DNA of 64,000 nt from an uncultured Bacteroidota bacterium (GCA_963700635.1 CAVOYH010000004.1:256001-320000), one strand, 5' to 3'. Counted from the first letter of the stretch, positions 1 to 9,236 are shown. Program-made: numbers and translations. Notes: generated from the letters alone by a model not told the origin.

Positions 1-1491
1 GACCAGCCGGCTCGGCCCCGCGATCTGCGACGGCACCGGCGGGTCGGGCGGATTCTCGTCAGAAGACTTTCCCTTATCCGGATCGGGAGGCTTACCCGGT
101 GGATTCGTGACAGGGAAGTTCTTGTTGTCCGTTTCGAAATACGCTTTCTCGATGATATGCTGCGGGGGAAAATGTGCGATCAGGAACGCGGGCTTCGAGG
201 AGTCGTCTTTCACCAGCACCTTCACCCCGCTGCCGCTTGTTTTCATGTTGCGGAATTCAAAATCGATCCGTACAAAATCATCCGGACGGATGACCGATAC
301 AACCGAGTTCAACGAGAGCGCATTGATGGGCGCGATCTGACCGATCTGCATCCCTGTATTCGTTTTCTTGACCTCCTGACCGGCGTCCAGCGAAATCGTC
401 TGGGCTGACCGGAGAGGAGACGCATCCGTAATCGCATCGGGCAGGGGCAGCAGGGTCCTGCGGATCGACGGCGTGCACCGGAGCGCGAGATCGTCTGCCG
501 TGTGCCAGACACACTCGAAGGGGGTCCGGGCCACATCCCCGGCAACCTCGACTCCGACCTCGCCATTGGACAGCCATACCGGCTGCTGCGCCAGCGTGGC
601 GAAGACGGAGTGCTCAATGGTCCTATTGTCGATACCCACAGCGTACTGTGGGAACGAGAGTGGCAACGTTCCGGTAAATCCCGGCGCCGGATGCGATAAA
701 GAAGCCCACAGCAGCGAATGATCTGCAGCCTGACCGGCAACGATCGCCTGGCGAATCCCACCCCGGGCCGGAGCCGCACATTCGATCTGAATGACGTCGA
801 AGGACGCCGGGCCGGTAAGGAAGGTCACTGCCGAGCGACCATACACCGAGGGCTGCACCGACCAGGGACCGTCACCCCGGCGCAGCGTGAGGATCGTGCG
901 CGAGCGTGTGGGTGCCTTCAAGAAGCTGCCGTCTGCATTGCCAGCAAGACGGATCCCGGCCAATGGCGACATGGTGCGCATGCCGGGTGCAACAAGTTCT
1001 GCGAGCGCGCGGCCATCACAGTCGAAGGACCAGCGTGGAGTGAACAGGGCAGAGAAGGATCCGTTGAGTTGGAGGGCGCTGGACTGACACGCGAACGCGC
1101 GGACATTGTCAAAGGCGCCTGTAAGGCGGAGAGGTTCAAGATCTGCTAGCCAGCGTTCGAAGCCCGCTTCACCGTCGCTTGAACCAAGAGCGAACTGCAT
1201 ACGGAGGGTGGAACCGAAAAGCGCAGGGGTGATAGTGGCATGTACGTCGGCCGGCAACTCCGTGCCGGGGAAGAGCGCTCCGGTAAGCAGGACGTGTACG
1301 ACGCCATCCTTCCGCTCGTACTCCAGGCGCGGGGCACCTGCAAACATCCGGACGTCAATGACCCAACGGTTCTTCGAACCCAGCCGGAAAGTGACACGAC
1401 CACGCTCGGCGCGTACTTCGTATCGATCAAGAAGAAGTGCGCTGGCATTCTTCAACCCGGGTGTAGTCACCACCGCAGCAGAACCCGCCAT
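1..1491 (-). CDS. Large hypothetical protein, 5' part only (runs off the left edge); start may lie further upstream (~1572-1650)
   Basis: Manual translation of the minus frame from ATG 1491 to base 1 is stop-free (497 codons): MAGSAAVVTTPGLKNASALLLDRYEV...VSVIRPDDFVRIDFEFRNMK...AFLIAHFPPQHIIEKAYFE...PPVPSQIAGPSRLV. The frame stays open upstream to ~1689. Not listed in the ORF track, presumably because it has no in-window stop. Confidence 0.85.
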   Translation of the reverse strand, partial: MAGSAAVVTTPGLKNASALLLDRYEVRAERGRVTFRLGSKNRWVIDVRMFAGAPRLEYERKDGVVHVLLTGALFPGTELPADVHATITPALFGSTLRMQFALGSSDGEAGFERWLADLEPLRLTGAFDNVRAFACQSSALQLNGSFSALFTPRWSFDCDGRALAELVAPGMRTMSPLAGIRLAGNADGSFLKAPTRSRTILTLRRGDGPWSVQPSVYGRSAVTFLTGPASFDVIQIECAAPARGGIRQAIVAGQAADHSLLWASLSHPAPGFTGTLPLSFPQYAVGIDNRTIEHSVFATLAQQPVWLSNGEVGVEVAGDVARTPFECVWHTADDLALRCTPSIRRTLLPLPDAITDASPLRSAQTISLDAGQEVKKTNTGMQIGQIAPINALSLNSVVSVIRPDDFVRIDFEFRNMKTSGSGVKVLVKDDSSKPAFLIAHFPPQHIIEKAYFETDNKNFPVTNPPGKPPDPDKGKSSDENPPDPPVPSQIAGPSRLV

Positions 1492-1606
1492 GCCAAGCCA
1501 GGCCCGACGCGGAGAGACTCGGTAGCGGACTTCAGCCCTGATGCGGAGCGAAGGGCCGGGATGTTTAGGCAGGAAGTGTTCACGCGCATCTCCCTCTACT
1601 GGTTGG

Positions 1607-2530
1607 TCAGGGTGTTTCGGAACAGGACCGGAGCAATTCCTGCAGCACATCGATCTGCAAGCCAACGGGCTTCTCGGCGAGCTTCACGATCAAAGGAACG
1701 GTCGGCTTCGGGGGCTGATAGGTGAACTCCCAAACTTCGCTTCGCCCTACCAATTGATCGAATGTGTACACAACGACCATCCACGCGTATCGGTGACCGA
1801 TCTGCAGGGCGCGTGCGTGGGGCGGATATTGGAGGACGGAGGTCCGGAGATTCTCTGCTTCGAACCATGCGAGATTCCGTTGCATCGCTGCCTGTGCGGG
1901 CTGACGACCGAGGATCTCCACGATCCGCAGGCGGTACTCCATCCGGACATCCGGACGCCCCGCACCACCCCAGATCCATGTGAAGACGGGCAAAGGCTCT
2001 TCCAGGAGTGATTCATTCACCGGGGTAAGTAGGATCGGAGCAACCGTATTCTCCACACGCTGGTCAGCACAGTCCGTTCCAAGGGAACCGCCCGCTGCTG
2101 CAGAGACAGCGCTTACGTCCACACAGATCGTGTAGTCGCCCGAAGGGAATTCTCCCGTACCGGTGACGGCATCACGGTACCGGCTGATGCGATACTGAGT
2201 CTGGACCGGCGAAAGCTGGTTTGCTGTTGCCGCCGTGAAGCTCTTCATTCCCGGTGGGAGCGAAAAGGCCGACGAGGTTGCCGTAAGGACTAGTCCATCG
2301 TTGCCGTTCACACGTACTGTCGAAATGATGCGGACAGTGAAGGTGGTGCGTGTGGGGTTGAGAAGATCAACTTCCCAGAGGTCGGAATAGCGCAGCTGAT
2401 TGGGGGGAGGCTGGCGCAACCGGACCGTCACGGTCTGCTGCGCCTGCAGGGTTCCGGTTGTGGCGGCGAAGATGACAATCTGAATGAGGTAGACCAGGTG
2501 CTGCCATCGACGCGACAGAGGTCGGGTCAT
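1607..2530 (-). CDS. Secreted hypothetical protein, TANFOR/DUF928-like Ig/FN3-type
   Basis: 307 aa. Signal peptide ending ...TLQA-Q. Motifs QPPPNQL, SGDYTICV, PILLTP..PVFTW, YRLRIVE, LQYP..AL..G.RYAW.V and SEVWEF resemble Bacteroidota TANFOR/DUF928-associated proteins. Confidence 0.7.
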   Translation of the reverse strand: MTRPLSRRWQHLVYLIQIVIFAATTGTLQAQQTVTVRLRQPPPNQLRYSDLWEVDLLNPTRTTFTVRIISTVRVNGNDGLVLTATSSAFSLPPGMKSFTAATANQLSPVQTQYRISRYRDAVTGTGEFPSGDYTICVDVSAVSAAAGGSLGTDCADQRVENTVAPILLTPVNESLLEEPLPVFTWIWGGAGRPDVRMEYRLRIVEILGRQPAQAAMQRNLAWFEAENLRTSVLQYPPHARALQIGHRYAWMVVVYTFDQLVGRSEVWEFTYQPPKPTVPLIVKLAEKPVGLQIDVLQELLRSCSETP

Positions 2531-2547
2531 AGTGGATCCTCCGCGTA

Positions 2548-2561
2548 AAGTAGTACTACTT
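2548..2561. promoter_or_regulatory. Perfect 14-bp palindrome AAGTAGTACTACTT, candidate operator
   Basis: Self-complementary. Lies 17 bp upstream of the 2530 start, with a minus-strand TTGACA at 2580-2585. Confidence 0.45.
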
Positions 2562-2959
2562 AAGGAACACTTTCACCAATGTCAAGTCCTCCCCATCACC
2601 CCCCTTATCGGGGTTAACTCAAGGTTTTCCGGAGACGATCGTCCGCGCCCTTTCCCTGACAGCGTGATACATCGGGATTTTATTAGCGTACACCATCACC
2701 TGGTGTTGCGGCTCTCGTTCCTCCATGGTACATTGAGCTAAGCTACCACCGCGCCCATGCCAGCCGGAATACGACGATGCCATCGAACGACCGACGCGCC
2801 GTTCAGAAAGGGACCTATGCATCCGGGTTTCCCGAACCGACCTCCATCGGAAACAATCGGGAGGCAGTGGAGGTGAAGCTGAGAATGCGAAACCGGCTAT
2901 GCTGGCGCTCCATGGGAATGCACATAGTGAGGATGACAGTGCGTATGGCGAATTCGTTC

Positions 2960-4750
2960 ATGCACAGGTGTCTGCTGGCACTCCTTCTTCCCAGCGCCGC
3001 CGCTTTTCTGCTTCCGCAGGCTCCTGCACAAACCGTGCAGTCTCCCTATCTCCTCAACCCCGGCCTGGCGATCGGATACGTTGACAGCTGCGCTCGCTTC
3101 TGGTTCACCGCATATGACTCTGTTCAGGGTGGATTCTTTATGAACATCGATCGTACGGGAAAGCTGATCAGTTCCTGGGGAACAGGGAAGAACACGCTGA
3201 ACCAATCGAGGGATGCGTACGGGTTCCTGCGAGCCTACATGCTCACCGGCAAACAGGAGTACCTTCTGTATGCGCGGCGTGCCCTGGACTTCCTTTATTC
3301 GTCGGGATGGGACAAATCCTCGGGCGGGTGGTATAACGAGATCGACCGATATGGGATACCCTCGAACCCCTCGGCGGAGAAGACTGCATATTATCAGCAC
3401 TATGCCATGCTCGGCATCGCAGCGTCTGTCGAGGTGACGGATGACAGTCTTGACCGGGCTGTTCTTGAACGGAGCCTGGTGCACACGGACGCCCATTTCT
3501 GGGATGCGCGGCCCGGTGTATTCGGGTACTTTGACCGGACCCGTGCCGACGGGACACAACCCTTGGGTAAGAGCTTCAATGCGACCGTCGATGCGGTGAC
3601 AACACACCTCCTCTCGCTCTATCTCATGACGGAGGACACGGTCTATCGGAGACGCCTGATGGACGTAGCGGACAACATGGTGAACCGGCTTGCGGCCTCG
3701 GCGGGCTCACAGGCCATCGGCTTTGTAGAGGGGTATGATACCGAATGGAACCCGGACCCCGCGAACACCATGACGATTATGGGCCATGTGCTGAAGACGG
3801 CCTGGTGTCTGGGGCGGTTGTATTCCCTGTTTCATGACCAGACGTATCTCGCTGCCGCTGAACAGCTCGTCCAATCCGTTCTCCAGAAAGGATATGATCA
3901 TCAAAATGGCGGGCCGTACAAAGACTATAACCGCATCACGGGGGCGATGCTCATGTGGGGCCAGCAGGACACTGCAAAGGCCTGGTGGCAGATGGAACAG
4001 GCGGTCACCGCCGGATTGATGCTCTACAGTCTTACCGGAAATCCGGCGTATCTGCAGATGGCAGACGAAACCCTTACCTTCTTCATGACCCATTTTGTCG
4101 ACCATGTATATGGCGAAGTGTATGAAAACAGGACGAAAGTGGGAGGCCAGATCTGGGATACGAACAAAGGGAGCAGCGGTAAGGCCGCTTACCATTCCGT
4201 GGAACTCGGCTACTACGTGTATCTGTACGGAAACCTTCTCCTGAAACGTTCTCCCGCAACCCTGTACTATGCGTTCCCCCCGGTGCAATATCCGCGGACC
4301 ATCACCCTGGCACCGATTGCTGCCGATCTCCGGATTGCCTCTGTTCTCCTCAACGGGCTGCCGTTCGGCGGTGTTGATCACTCAAACTGCACACTCTCGA
4401 TTCCACCTTTTATCGGCGGCGAGTTCGTCGTAACGTTCGAGCGTCCGCTCACAAGTGCGCAGGAATCGCAACTCGCTCAGCTTCCCGGGATGATCCACCT
4501 CGATCAGAATTACCCCAATCCTTTTAACCAGTCGACCGTCATCGGCTATCAGATATCGAAACCGGGCCATGTGCGTATCGCAGTGTACGATCTGCTCGGC
4601 AGGAAGGTGGCTGTGCTCGTGGACGAGCCAAAGACGGTGGGGAGGTATTCCGTTCATTACGACGGCGCCGCTCTGGCCTCGGGGGTGTACCTGTGTCGGT
4701 TGGAGGCGGCGGGAGCAGGGCTGAGCAGGCGGATGATTCTGACAAAGTGA
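2960..4750 (+). CDS. AGE-family (N-acylglucosamine/cellobiose 2-epimerase-like) protein with T9SS type-A CTD
   Basis: Signal peptide MHRCLLALLLPSAAAFLLPQAPA-Q. AGE motifs D..GGF, QSR..YGF, WD...GGW, GH.., WWQ.EQA, K..YH. C-terminal QNYPNPFN...SGVYL.RL...MIL.K. Start moved from 2777 to ATG 2960 (2945 also possible). Confidence 0.85.
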   Translation: MHRCLLALLLPSAAAFLLPQAPAQTVQSPYLLNPGLAIGYVDSCARFWFTAYDSVQGGFFMNIDRTGKLISSWGTGKNTLNQSRDAYGFLRAYMLTGKQEYLLYARRALDFLYSSGWDKSSGGWYNEIDRYGIPSNPSAEKTAYYQHYAMLGIAASVEVTDDSLDRAVLERSLVHTDAHFWDARPGVFGYFDRTRADGTQPLGKSFNATVDAVTTHLLSLYLMTEDTVYRRRLMDVADNMVNRLAASAGSQAIGFVEGYDTEWNPDPANTMTIMGHVLKTAWCLGRLYSLFHDQTYLAAAEQLVQSVLQKGYDHQNGGPYKDYNRITGAMLMWGQQDTAKAWWQMEQAVTAGLMLYSLTGNPAYLQMADETLTFFMTHFVDHVYGEVYENRTKVGGQIWDTNKGSSGKAAYHSVELGYYVYLYGNLLLKRSPATLYYAFPPVQYPRTITLAPIAADLRIASVLLNGLPFGGVDHSNCTLSIPPFIGGEFVVTFERPLTSAQESQLAQLPGMIHLDQNYPNPFNQSTVIGYQISKPGHVRIAVYDLLGRKVAVLVDEPKTVGRYSVHYDGAALASGVYLCRLEAAGAGLSRRMILTK

Positions 4751-4903
4751 GCCTCACGTCACACTGCGGGGCAATCGGGGAAGTCAGGTTTCGTACAACA
4801 CCGGAGCAGTGTTCTGTGTCCGATTGCATGAATGCTCCGGCCTATTCATGATAAGCCGGGCCATGGTTTGACAGTCCGAGGTAATCACAAGGGGTGAACC
4901 CGT

Positions 4904-5332
4904 ATGCCCAGAGTCCGACTTAATCTTCCGGAGCGCTATCTTTTTACAACAGAGATAACACTTCGAGTGTCCGACATCAATTACGGCGGACATCTCGGCA
5001 ATGACGCGGTGCTTGCGCTCGCGCAAGAAGCACGGATGCGTTTCCTGAGCTCCCGTGGCTGGTCGGAACAGAATGTAGCCGGCGTCGGGATCATCATGGT
5101 CGACGCAATTGTGGTGTACCGGTCAGAAGCGTTCTACGGTGATGTGTTGACGATAGATGTCGCCGTGGAAGATCTGCAGCAGTCGGGATGTGATTTTCTT
5201 TTTCGTATGGTGAACAAGGTTTCGGGGAAAGAGGTCGCTCGCGTGAAGACGGGCATTGCTTTTTTTGACTACACAAGCCGCCGTCTGTCCCCGATGCCCG
5301 AGGCATTCCGGGCCCGATGCAGCCAGGAGTGA
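4904..5332 (+). CDS. Acyl-CoA thioesterase (hotdog fold, 4HBT/YbgC-like)
   Basis: LRVSDINYGGHLGND...QEAR motif; 142 aa. Confidence 0.9.
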   Translation: MPRVRLNLPERYLFTTEITLRVSDINYGGHLGNDAVLALAQEARMRFLSSRGWSEQNVAGVGIIMVDAIVVYRSEAFYGDVLTIDVAVEDLQQSGCDFLFRMVNKVSGKEVARVKTGIAFFDYTSRRLSPMPEAFRARCSQE

Positions 5333-5363
5333 AATTCCTTCTTTAAAAAAGTGTGATGAAGCC

Positions 5364-5392
5364 TTGACAGCAATTCCCATCAATGGTATATT
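5364..5392 (+). promoter_or_regulatory. Sigma70-type promoter TTGACA-N17-TATATT with extended -10 TG
   Basis: TTGACA 5364-5369, 17-nt spacer, TATATT 5387-5392 preceded by TGg. Confidence 0.7.
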
Positions 5393-5503
5393 AAATCACT
5401 AACAACAGTACAAAGAAGGTTTTCGTGTCCCGATGGATCCCCAGACTCTGGAGATCCCGAGGGTTCTGAGGGTACCCCTGCACACTGCTCTTTTCAGAAC
5501 GAT

Positions 5504-5821
5504 ATGGAGAACATCCTGACAGCGCGCAAAGGATCTTTTGGTACAATCCTGCTCCTTTGCCTCCTCATCACCGTATCGGCATCTTCCCAGACGAACAGCC
5601 ACAACCTGTGGAAAAACCCGCAGTTTCCAGCGATTAAGAGCAAGGCCATCCCGGGTCAGCTCATTCATTTTCCCTCCCGCTGCTCGAAGGCAATTCTTCC
5701 CGCTCCATTATACCTCTTTCAGCCAACCCAGCACTATCTTGTGGCATATTTCCTCTACGGACTCGGACCCTACAAGGATGGTTTTATCCCCCGGGTTCCC
5801 CCCCCTTGTAGGAATCTATGA
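5504..5821 (+). CDS. Small ORF with signal-peptide-like N-terminus; possible remnant of a secreted protein
   Basis: MENILTARKGSFGTILLLCLLITVSASS-Q, downstream of a strong promoter; the remainder is not recognisable. Confidence 0.3.
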   Translation: MENILTARKGSFGTILLLCLLITVSASSQTNSHNLWKNPQFPAIKSKAIPGQLIHFPSRCSKAILPAPLYLFQPTQHYLVAYFLYGLGPYKDGFIPRVPPPCRNL

Positions 5822-5928
5822 ACGGATGGAGAAGGGGGATCTGTCCGATTTGTTTTTCTGCTTTTTCGAACAAAGGATATAGAGACATTCAGAATGCTCA
5901 ATTATTCATCAACTCCAGGGAGATATTC

Positions 5929-8900
5929 ATGAACTGCGTACAAACCCCGATTCGATTTGTCCAGTGGGCTGTCGTGCTGCTGATGCTGGCTGCCATTCCA
6001 TCGGCAGGCCTTTCCCAGTTCCTGCTTTCGCCCCAACCCGGCGACGTGTACAAGGAGTTCTCCCGGGTGATGGGTGGTGATGACTGGCGCGTGACCGACC
6101 CAAACATCAATCTCAGCGTCTATCCGGCAGCAGGCGATTTTCTCCCAAACCCCACGCTCTCCCTCTCTGTTAATGATCTGGCGGGAGCCATCCGTGCCGA
6201 GGCCGTCATCAATATCTGGAGCGGCCATATCGGAACGGTCGGAAAGAAGATCCGCTTCAACGGCAATTCCTGGATCGACATCCCCGAGTTCGGATCCGGC
6301 AATGGGATACCCGGCGGCAATGACGGATTCAACTACATAGGCGAATCAGACATGGTGATCGCTGTTCCTCTCGGACATCTTGTCCAGGGAAACAACACCT
6401 TTCAGGGAACGAATGCGGGGCAGACGGGCCCGTATGGTTTTGGCTGGGGACAGTTCGGCTGGTACAGTATCATCCTGCGGGTGTACTATGATGGAAGTAA
6501 ATCTCACTCAACCGGCTCTATTACTTCACCGACTTCCGGGGGGACGTTCGGTGAAAACCCCGTTGTAACGGCGAGTGTGAGCGGGGGAACCGACCGGGTA
6601 GACTTCCTCGCCTATTACGACGGCTACGATACCGATGGGGATGGCGTGTGGCAGGAATACCATCATGACTATGCACCAGCGGGGGGAGAATCCAACCCGA
6701 CGATCAAAAACCACGTCGGCACAGCAACCGGAGGTTCCTGGCAGGTGACGTGGAACACGCAATATGTCCCGGATCAGGGGGCCGGGAGTATCAAGATCCT
6801 TGCGCGTATCCGTAACGGAAACGGTGTCTGGTACGTCTCCCCTGAAGTTACAGGCCTGACGCTGCAACGATCTGGAAGTTATGTGAGGCTGTATAAACCA
6901 TTGGATACTCCCGAGCGGGCCTGGGCACGGGGTGATATCGGCGAAATTCGAATTCGTACAGACATCCCCGGCGGCGACAACGTCGCGAGTGCAACCGAAG
7001 CGCGGGGCTTTGTCCGTACGTGGAACGGCATTGATGGTGCACAGGAGCCGGGCGACTACAATTACAGAAGATTTAACAACTGGACCGACGGGGCGTACGG
7101 CGGAAACCACTCCTATTCATTCGATATCAGAACTCTTCCTCTCTCAGAATTACGTTCGGGCTCCAATGAATTCATTTTCTATTCCTCGAATCTTCTCCAC
7201 CACGGCATTGAAATCCTCTGGCCTGGTCCGGGGCTCATTGTCCGCTATGGTGGCGGGGCGTCTAACGTGGCGCCCAGCATCAGTGCCCATCCCTCGAACC
7301 AGTCTGTGGCCGTTGGCGGGACCGCGACCTTCAGCGTCGGAGCGACCGGCACGTCGCCGCTCTCCTATCAATGGCAGAAAAACAATTCGGATATCGGGGG
7401 CGCAACCGGTGCGAGTTACACAACACCGGCAGTTGTGGCCGGCGATAACGGGGCTACATTCCGGTGTGTCGTCACCAATCCCTATGGAGCCGCGACCAGC
7501 AATTCCGCAACGCTGACCGTCGGGACGACGACTGGCCCGTCAATCACCACGCAACCCGGTGACCAGACAGTGCAGGTCGGCCAGACGGCCACATTCTCTG
7601 TTGTGGCATCCGGAACTCCGCCGCTCTCCTATCAATGGCAGAAAAACAACGTGGATGTCGGTGGGGCGCTCAGTGCCTCCTACACGACTCCGGCGACCAC
7701 CATGGCTGACAGCGGGGCGCTCTTCCGTTGCGTGGTCACGAACACGTCCGGGAGCACGAACAGTAACGCCGCGCGTCTTACCGTTATTGGTTCGACATCA
7801 CCGGTGATCACCCGGAACCCGGTCGATCAACTCGTCGGTGTCGGGCAACCTGCTACGTTTACGGTCGGAGCATCCGGGGCCGGACAGCTCACATATCAAT
7901 GGCAAAAGAACAGCGCGGATATCAACGGGGCAACAGGCGTTTCGTACACGACGCCGGCTACCGCGCCTGCGGATAGCGGATCATTATACCGTTGTGTTGT
8001 CACCAACTCCTTCGGCAGTGCAAACAGCACCAATGGAATGCTGAAAGTCACGACCGGTTCAGTCTCTCTGCTTTCAAATTCCGGTTTTGAACAGGGGACG
8101 GATTCCTGGGCCTTTTTCACGAACGGTGCCGGCGTGTATAGTGTGGTACCCGCGGGGCCGAATAACCCTCATGCGGCACGTATCTCCATAAGCCAGGAAG
8201 GCAGCAACGTCCAGCTCTATCAGTCCGGTCTCACCCTCGAAGCGGGCGCGGAATATCTGTTTTTCTTCCGGGGGTACAGTTCGTCAGGACATGACGTCTC
8301 CGCGAGCGTCCAGAAACACGGGACGCCATTTTCCTCCTACGGTCTCCCGGGTCAGGTGTTTAACCTGGATACGGCATGGAAGGATTTGTCCACGCAGTTT
8401 ACTGCATCCGGATTCACCGGTGTGGCGACGGATGCGCGTGTGATGTTCTACCTGGCGCCGTATGATTCAGCGAGTGACAACTTCTATTTCGATGATATCG
8501 TCCTGACCAAGCTGAGCAGTGTTGCGCCGCCGGGTTTTACGTCCCATCCTGCCAACGTATTGGTGTCGCCGGGCATGACGACCATCTTTCGAGTAGTGGC
8601 TTCGGGAACACCTCCGTTTTCGTATCAGTGGCAGAAAAACAACGCTGATGTAGTCGGGGCGACGGGGCCAGACTATACAACACCGGTGGCCACGATTGGC
8701 GACAATGGGGCGGTCTTCAAGTGTATCGTGAAGAATCCTGTTGGTAATAGTACAAGTAACACGGCAATTCTGACTGTGTCGACGACCGGTGTCGAGGGTA
8801 CGCGCGAAATCCCGTCGTCGTTTGCATTGGATCAGAATTACCCCAATCCGTTTAATCCATCAACGACCATTCGCTACGCTCTGCCAGCCCGGTCGTTTGT

Positions 8901-9078
8901 CCTTCTTACGATTCATAACACTCTCGGGCAGCAGATCGCGACACTTGTCCAGAAGGAGCAGGACGGTGGCTTCCATGAAGTGCGCTTTGATGCGGAGGGG
9001 CTCACAAGCGGCGTCTATTTCTACAGGATGCAGGCAGGAAGTTTTGTGGAAACAAAGAAATTGTTGCTCCTGCAATAG
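5929..9078 (+). CDS. T9SS-secreted multidomain protein: unassigned N-terminal region, 3 Ig domains, CBM4/9-like domain, 4th Ig domain, CTD
   Basis: ATG 5929 after AGGGAG; signal peptide. Four repeats of P.I...P..Q.V..G..ATF.V.A.G..PL.YQWQKN...YTTP....D.G..F.C.V.N. LLSNSGFEQG CBM-like segment. QNYPNPFNPST CTD. Confidence 0.85.
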   Translation: MNCVQTPIRFVQWAVVLLMLAAIPSAGLSQFLLSPQPGDVYKEFSRVMGGDDWRVTDPNINLSVYPAAGDFLPNPTLSLSVNDLAGAIRAEAVINIWSGHIGTVGKKIRFNGNSWIDIPEFGSGNGIPGGNDGFNYIGESDMVIAVPLGHLVQGNNTFQGTNAGQTGPYGFGWGQFGWYSIILRVYYDGSKSHSTGSITSPTSGGTFGENPVVTASVSGGTDRVDFLAYYDGYDTDGDGVWQEYHHDYAPAGGESNPTIKNHVGTATGGSWQVTWNTQYVPDQGAGSIKILARIRNGNGVWYVSPEVTGLTLQRSGSYVRLYKPLDTPERAWARGDIGEIRIRTDIPGGDNVASATEARGFVRTWNGIDGAQEPGDYNYRRFNNWTDGAYGGNHSYSFDIRTLPLSELRSGSNEFIFYSSNLLHHGIEILWPGPGLIVRYGGGASNVAPSISAHPSNQSVAVGGTATFSVGATGTSPLSYQWQKNNSDIGGATGASYTTPAVVAGDNGATFRCVVTNPYGAATSNSATLTVGTTTGPSITTQPGDQTVQVGQTATFSVVASGTPPLSYQWQKNNVDVGGALSASYTTPATTMADSGALFRCVVTNTSGSTNSNAARLTVIGSTSPVITRNPVDQLVGVGQPATFTVGASGAGQLTYQWQKNSADINGATGVSYTTPATAPADSGSLYRCVVTNSFGSANSTNGMLKVTTGSVSLLSNSGFEQGTDSWAFFTNGAGVYSVVPAGPNNPHAARISISQEGSNVQLYQSGLTLEAGAEYLFFFRGYSSSGHDVSASVQKHGTPFSSYGLPGQVFNLDTAWKDLSTQFTASGFTGVATDARVMFYLAPYDSASDNFYFDDIVLTKLSSVAPPGFTSHPANVLVSPGMTTIFRVVASGTPPFSYQWQKNNADVVGATGPDYTTPVATIGDNGAVFKCIVKNPVGNSTSNTAILTVSTTGVEGTREIPSSFALDQNYPNPFNPSTTIRYALPARSFVLLTIHNTLGQQIATLVQKEQDGGFHEVRFDAEGLTSGVYFYRMQAGSFVETKKLLLLQ
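7270..8778 (+). repeat. Four intragenic ~250-bp Ig-domain repeats (~7270-7521, 7534-7788, 7801-8050, 8527-8778)
   Basis: Recurring nucleotide core TATCAATGGCAGAAAAAC (with variants) and matching protein repeats. Confidence 0.85.
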
Positions 9079-9103
9079 ATCCTTAAGGCCGTTGGCGACA
9101 GAT

Positions 9104-9134
9104 GGCCCGGTGCGTTTGCATCGGGCCTTTTTTT
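9104..9134 (+). terminator. Intrinsic terminator
   Basis: GGCCCGGTGC-gttt-GCATCGGGCC stem followed by T7. Confidence 0.8.
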
Positions 9135-9207
9135 AGTCCGATGCGGTAACCCTATGCTGTTCAGTCCAGACATGGGTGACGCTCTTCGACCGCCATTTCA
9201 TTTATAC

Positions 9208-9236
9208 TTGTAATCGGATAAGCTGCTTCGTATATT
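9208..9236 (+). promoter_or_regulatory. Sigma70-type promoter TTGTAA-N17-TATATT
   Basis: Same -10 and spacing as the other promoters in the window; upstream of 9450. Confidence 0.5.

Noticed and set aside
107-2016. Numerous short ORFs listed over 107-2016
   Set aside because: They are antisense or alternate-frame shadows of the long minus-strand ORF (1-1491) and of 1607-2530.
2777-2959. N-terminal extension of the epimerase ORF
   Set aside because: It precedes a clear signal peptide and has no protein-like features, so the start was moved to 2945/2960.
5769-5812. Inverted repeat CCTACAAGG...CCTTGTAGG upstream of the large Ig protein
   Set aside because: Only a 9-bp stem with a long loop; no riboswitch or terminator consensus recognised.
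7270-8778. Repeated ~30-nt cores as a possible CRISPR or DGR repeat
   Set aside because: The spacing (~265 bp) is in frame and encodes Ig domains; there are no cas or reverse transcriptase genes in the window.
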